Positions 24,556 through 27,173 of a stretch of DNA of 27,173 nt are shown here, one piece after another. The notes under the pieces were generated by a model. The model had not been told where the DNA came from. It saw only the letters and a program-made list of their open reading frames with translations, and searched no databases. The DNA lies in IMG/VR virus record IMGVR_UViG_3300020045_010322, positions 1 to 27,173 of that record; one strand, written 5' to 3'. Numbering within the stretch: the stretch's first letter is position 1; the number at the start of each line of letters is the position of its first letter. Source of the stretch: a virus (lineage: Duplodnaviria > Caudoviricetes). Both the position numbers and the translations under genes were made by a program.

Positions 24556-26990
24556 AGTAGGGCCGCCGAGGTTGTTACAGATCCAAGCACGAAGATTGCA
24601 GTGGTGTTCTTAGGGTCAAAAACGTCTTGGATTTCGAAGAAGTTAGTAGGGAATAAATCTCTGTTATAGAACTTTGCGCGGATAGAAATTGGGGTGCGAA
24701 GATTCTCAATGCCTCCTGCCGTCAATTCTGAAACCAAGTCAGAAACAATGAATACACTTCCATTGCCTAGACTCTTTAGATATTTTTCGATAATAGTCGT
24801 TACAAGGCCTGCGGCAGGCGCAGTTACATTGTATGAAATAAGAGAAACGTCAAGTTCATACACGTCGAAACCTCTTGCAAGTAAGTCCCCGCAAAGAACA
24901 CGGTTGTCCGATCCATCCAAGTATTCTTGCACATTAGAAAGGTTGTTAAACGAAGTGAGTTCCAGGCTCACCGTTTTCCCTGCCTGCGCAACACCGTAAT
25001 CAACCGTTGTTAGCTGCCTCATACTGAAACCGTTATCTCTTAAGGGGCTCACGTATTCAACAGAGACTACACCTGTACCTGATAAGAATCCGTTATTTAC
25101 ACCATCAATCGAAACAGTCTCAGAATTAATAGACTCGGTCACTTTCCATACATCGTTGTTTGCAGGGATATTTGAATTGAATAATCTAACATAACGACCT
25201 GGAATAAGAGGATTGTCTGGTAAAGTGAGTCTATTAACAGAGCCAAGTGTATCGGTAAAGATTTCTAATTCCCCATCGTGACGAGAAGTATATTCGTTTC
25301 GAATTAAGGTGAAAGGAGGTTCTTTGGTTACTACAGGTGTTCCTGTGACAGCTACGCCAGCCCACAGATTGGGCATAGCCACGTCAAAATACGTAGAGCT
25401 TGCTGTGACAATTCCATAACCGGTGTCATTAGGTAATAATCCAGAGTTAATTCCTGCATTAATTGCAAGCATTGATACTCCAGCTCCCGCAGTGGGGATT
25501 CTAGATGAAACTTGGTAGTTGAAGTTATCTGCATCTTGTCGATAGCAAGTAAACGTTCCATTATACTCTGCAGGAGTTACTCCTGAAATTGTAACCAGGC
25601 TGCCTGTACTGAGAATTTTGTGGCCAACGACATGGGCTGTAACAAAACCTATAGATGAGCAGTTGATTGAGGAAATAGGTACTTGTTGAGAGTAGCCTGA
25701 AACCTTAACAACGTCGCCTGTCGTAAGAGTGCCGGAAGGAGCGTTGAATCGATAAGGAAAGGCCCCGACAGATGTGAATGGAACTACGGGCGCTAAAGGC
25801 ATTGTATCCGGATCCGATCCGCCAGAGATTTCGCTTCTAGCAATGCTGACAATAGGACCTTCGATCTCGATCAAACCAGAGGGACTTACAGTGTACTGAT
25901 TGATCTCAGAGACAAACTCATTCCCGCAATATACATCAACAGTACCTCCTTGGTGGATGTATAAATCCCCACGCTCTCCTTGAACGTAGGGCAATACGGT
26001 AAATGGCCCAAAGTTCCCCGATACATCCCATTGAAACGTACTGTCATCAAGAACCTGGGTTACGACCGCTTGTCCGTTCATGTTGTATTCTGCAGGTACT
26101 GCGGAGCGAAGATAAATCGTTTGACCTAACGTAAATCCATGTGCAGCCAGCGTAGCTTGAATTTTATTTGGGGAAATGTATGCGGCCGAAGTAAGTCTGC
26201 GCTCTGAAGCGTTCTCGATTTTTACCTTGACCAGATCCCTATACATCTCTTCATCCCCACTACCTACTGGATAAATGAGGTCAACTGTATTTAAATTCTC
26301 CCCAATGTTTGACAGGATGCTCGGCTTGTTAATCAAGTTTCTTGTGCTGATAGCCGTCGATGCCCGAGAAACGAACTCTGTATTGGTTTCAGCGGCAGTG
26401 CTTTCTTGGATGAGATAATTGATTTCCGCGTGTAAGAAATACGGATCAAAGTTACTAAAGTAAAGAAGCGAGCCTTCTGAAAGGTTGAATTCAGTACCTT
26501 TATCGCCAGCCTTCAAGTCTACATCGATGTACCACTCATTATTGAAGCTATCGTACTGCAGGCTTGACTGAGGAAATGACACTGCAGTTGCAGGGTAGAA
26601 CAGAATAGCGCCATCGGGGGAAAAGCTGATATCTGTGCTCAGTGCTACGCTTTTCTGGCGAGCAAAGTACAGGCGAGCATTAATGATAGCGTAAGTTCCA
26701 GTCTTTCTTTCCAGGAACAAGTTTCCAAGGATGTCGTCGACAACTTCAGTCGGGGTCGTGTCCGTGATTCCTGCCAAAGTATTCTGTGCAAAGTAAGAGT
26801 CGTATCCCTTCTTACACAGGGCGAGCAGGAACGCAGAGGGGCGGAGGACAAGGTCACGTACGCCAGTACCCTCGCGGAGGTCTAGATCTGGGAATTGTGC
26901 TTCCAGGATTTGCTTGGCCAGAAGCTCTGCTTCTAGAATGTCCTGGGTGTCAGGCTGCAAGCCCGTGATAACGGAGTAAAGATCTGCCAT
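24552..26990 (-). CDS. baseplate J-like wedge protein with inserted repeated beta domains
   Basis: FPDLDLREGTGVRDLVLRP, LERKTGTYA, AGDKGTEFN, ETNTEFVSR and GGTVDVY motifs typical of gpJ/gp6-type proteins. Confidence 0.75.
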   Translation of the reverse strand: MADLYSVITGLQPDTQDILEAELLAKQILEAQFPDLDLREGTGVRDLVLRPSAFLLALCKKGYDSYFAQNTLAGITDTTPTEVVDDILGNLFLERKTGTYAIINARLYFARQKSVALSTDISFSPDGAILFYPATAVSFPQSSLQYDSFNNEWYIDVDLKAGDKGTEFNLSEGSLLYFSNFDPYFLHAEINYLIQESTAAETNTEFVSRASTAISTRNLINKPSILSNIGENLNTVDLIYPVGSGDEEMYRDLVKVKIENASERRLTSAAYISPNKIQATLAAHGFTLGQTIYLRSAVPAEYNMNGQAVVTQVLDDSTFQWDVSGNFGPFTVLPYVQGERGDLYIHQGGTVDVYCGNEFVSEINQYTVSPSGLIEIEGPIVSIARSEISGGSDPDTMPLAPVVPFTSVGAFPYRFNAPSGTLTTGDVVKVSGYSQQVPISSINCSSIGFVTAHVVGHKILSTGSLVTISGVTPAEYNGTFTCYRQDADNFNYQVSSRIPTAGAGVSMLAINAGINSGLLPNDTGYGIVTASSTYFDVAMPNLWAGVAVTGTPVVTKEPPFTLIRNEYTSRHDGELEIFTDTLGSVNRLTLPDNPLIPGRYVRLFNSNIPANNDVWKVTESINSETVSIDGVNNGFLSGTGVVSVEYVSPLRDNGFSMRQLTTVDYGVAQAGKTVSLELTSFNNLSNVQEYLDGSDNRVLCGDLLARGFDVYELDVSLISYNVTAPAAGLVTTIIEKYLKSLGNGSVFIVSDLVSELTAGGIENLRTPISIRAKFYNRDLFPTNFFEIQDVFDPKNTTAIFVLGSVTTSAALL

Positions 26991-27173
26991 ATATGAGCAT
27001 TAGTTTAGTTGGATGGCCGGGTGATTGAGCCTTGCAGGAGAAATTCTTAAGCCTAAAAACAAAGCGCTTCCATTTTAACTCATAGTCAACTAGCGTTAGA
27101 GTAGTTGACAAGCTTGCAGGGTTATTAAGTTAGTCATCACTAACGTTCAATTTTATCATTTACAGAATTTGGA

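Noticed and set aside
1020-26968. Many short ORFs nested in or antisense to long genes (e.g. 1020-1337, 2862-3197, 4442-4810, 10158-10481, 24694-24999)
   Set aside because: Fully overlapped by well-supported genes and lacking motifs; expected by chance.
21474-27109. TTAAAAT upstream of - strand units (21474-21480, 27072-27078) as a late promoter, and the hairpin at 27085-27109
   Set aside because: Short AT-rich word with too few instances to separate from background; the hairpin's context is cut by the window edge.
1-27173. Stop-codon reassignment
   Set aside because: Long conserved genes are uninterrupted under the standard code, and TAA, TGA and TAG all occur at plausible gene ends.
1-27173. 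tRNA genes and CRISPR arrays
   Set aside because: No cloverleaf with a T-loop consensus and no regularly spaced direct repeats were seen by eye.

Overview
This is a segment of a large contractile-tailed (myovirus-like) dsDNA phage genome, probably infecting a Gram-negative host (inference from a DUF3380-type endolysin and holin-like genes). It has two convergent blocks meeting at a perfect palindromic terminator (16079-16104). The + strand block (555-16074) encodes a complete Hen1 + Pnkp RNA-repair pair and a separate Rnl2-family RNA ligase. It also carries class II ribonucleotide reductase (NrdJ), a PAAR protein, a RuvC-like resolvase, an XRE HTH protein, a DHH phosphoesterase, thymidylate kinase and a MazG-like protein. 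The - strand block (16109-26990) encodes PhoH, lysis genes, a glycoside-hydrolase-like protein and baseplate/tail proteins. The main leads are: (1) an unannotated ~650-nt stretch (12141-12792) almost fully tiled by nested helices with + strand G.U pairs, a candidate large structured ncRNA; (2) the phage-borne repair-and-methylate RNA module; (3) a hidden frameshifted gene at 16972-17576; (4) a breakpoint near position 550 that truncates a metallophosphoesterase. No tRNA, rRNA, CRISPR array or integrase was recognised. All family calls come from motifs read by eye; no database searches were run.
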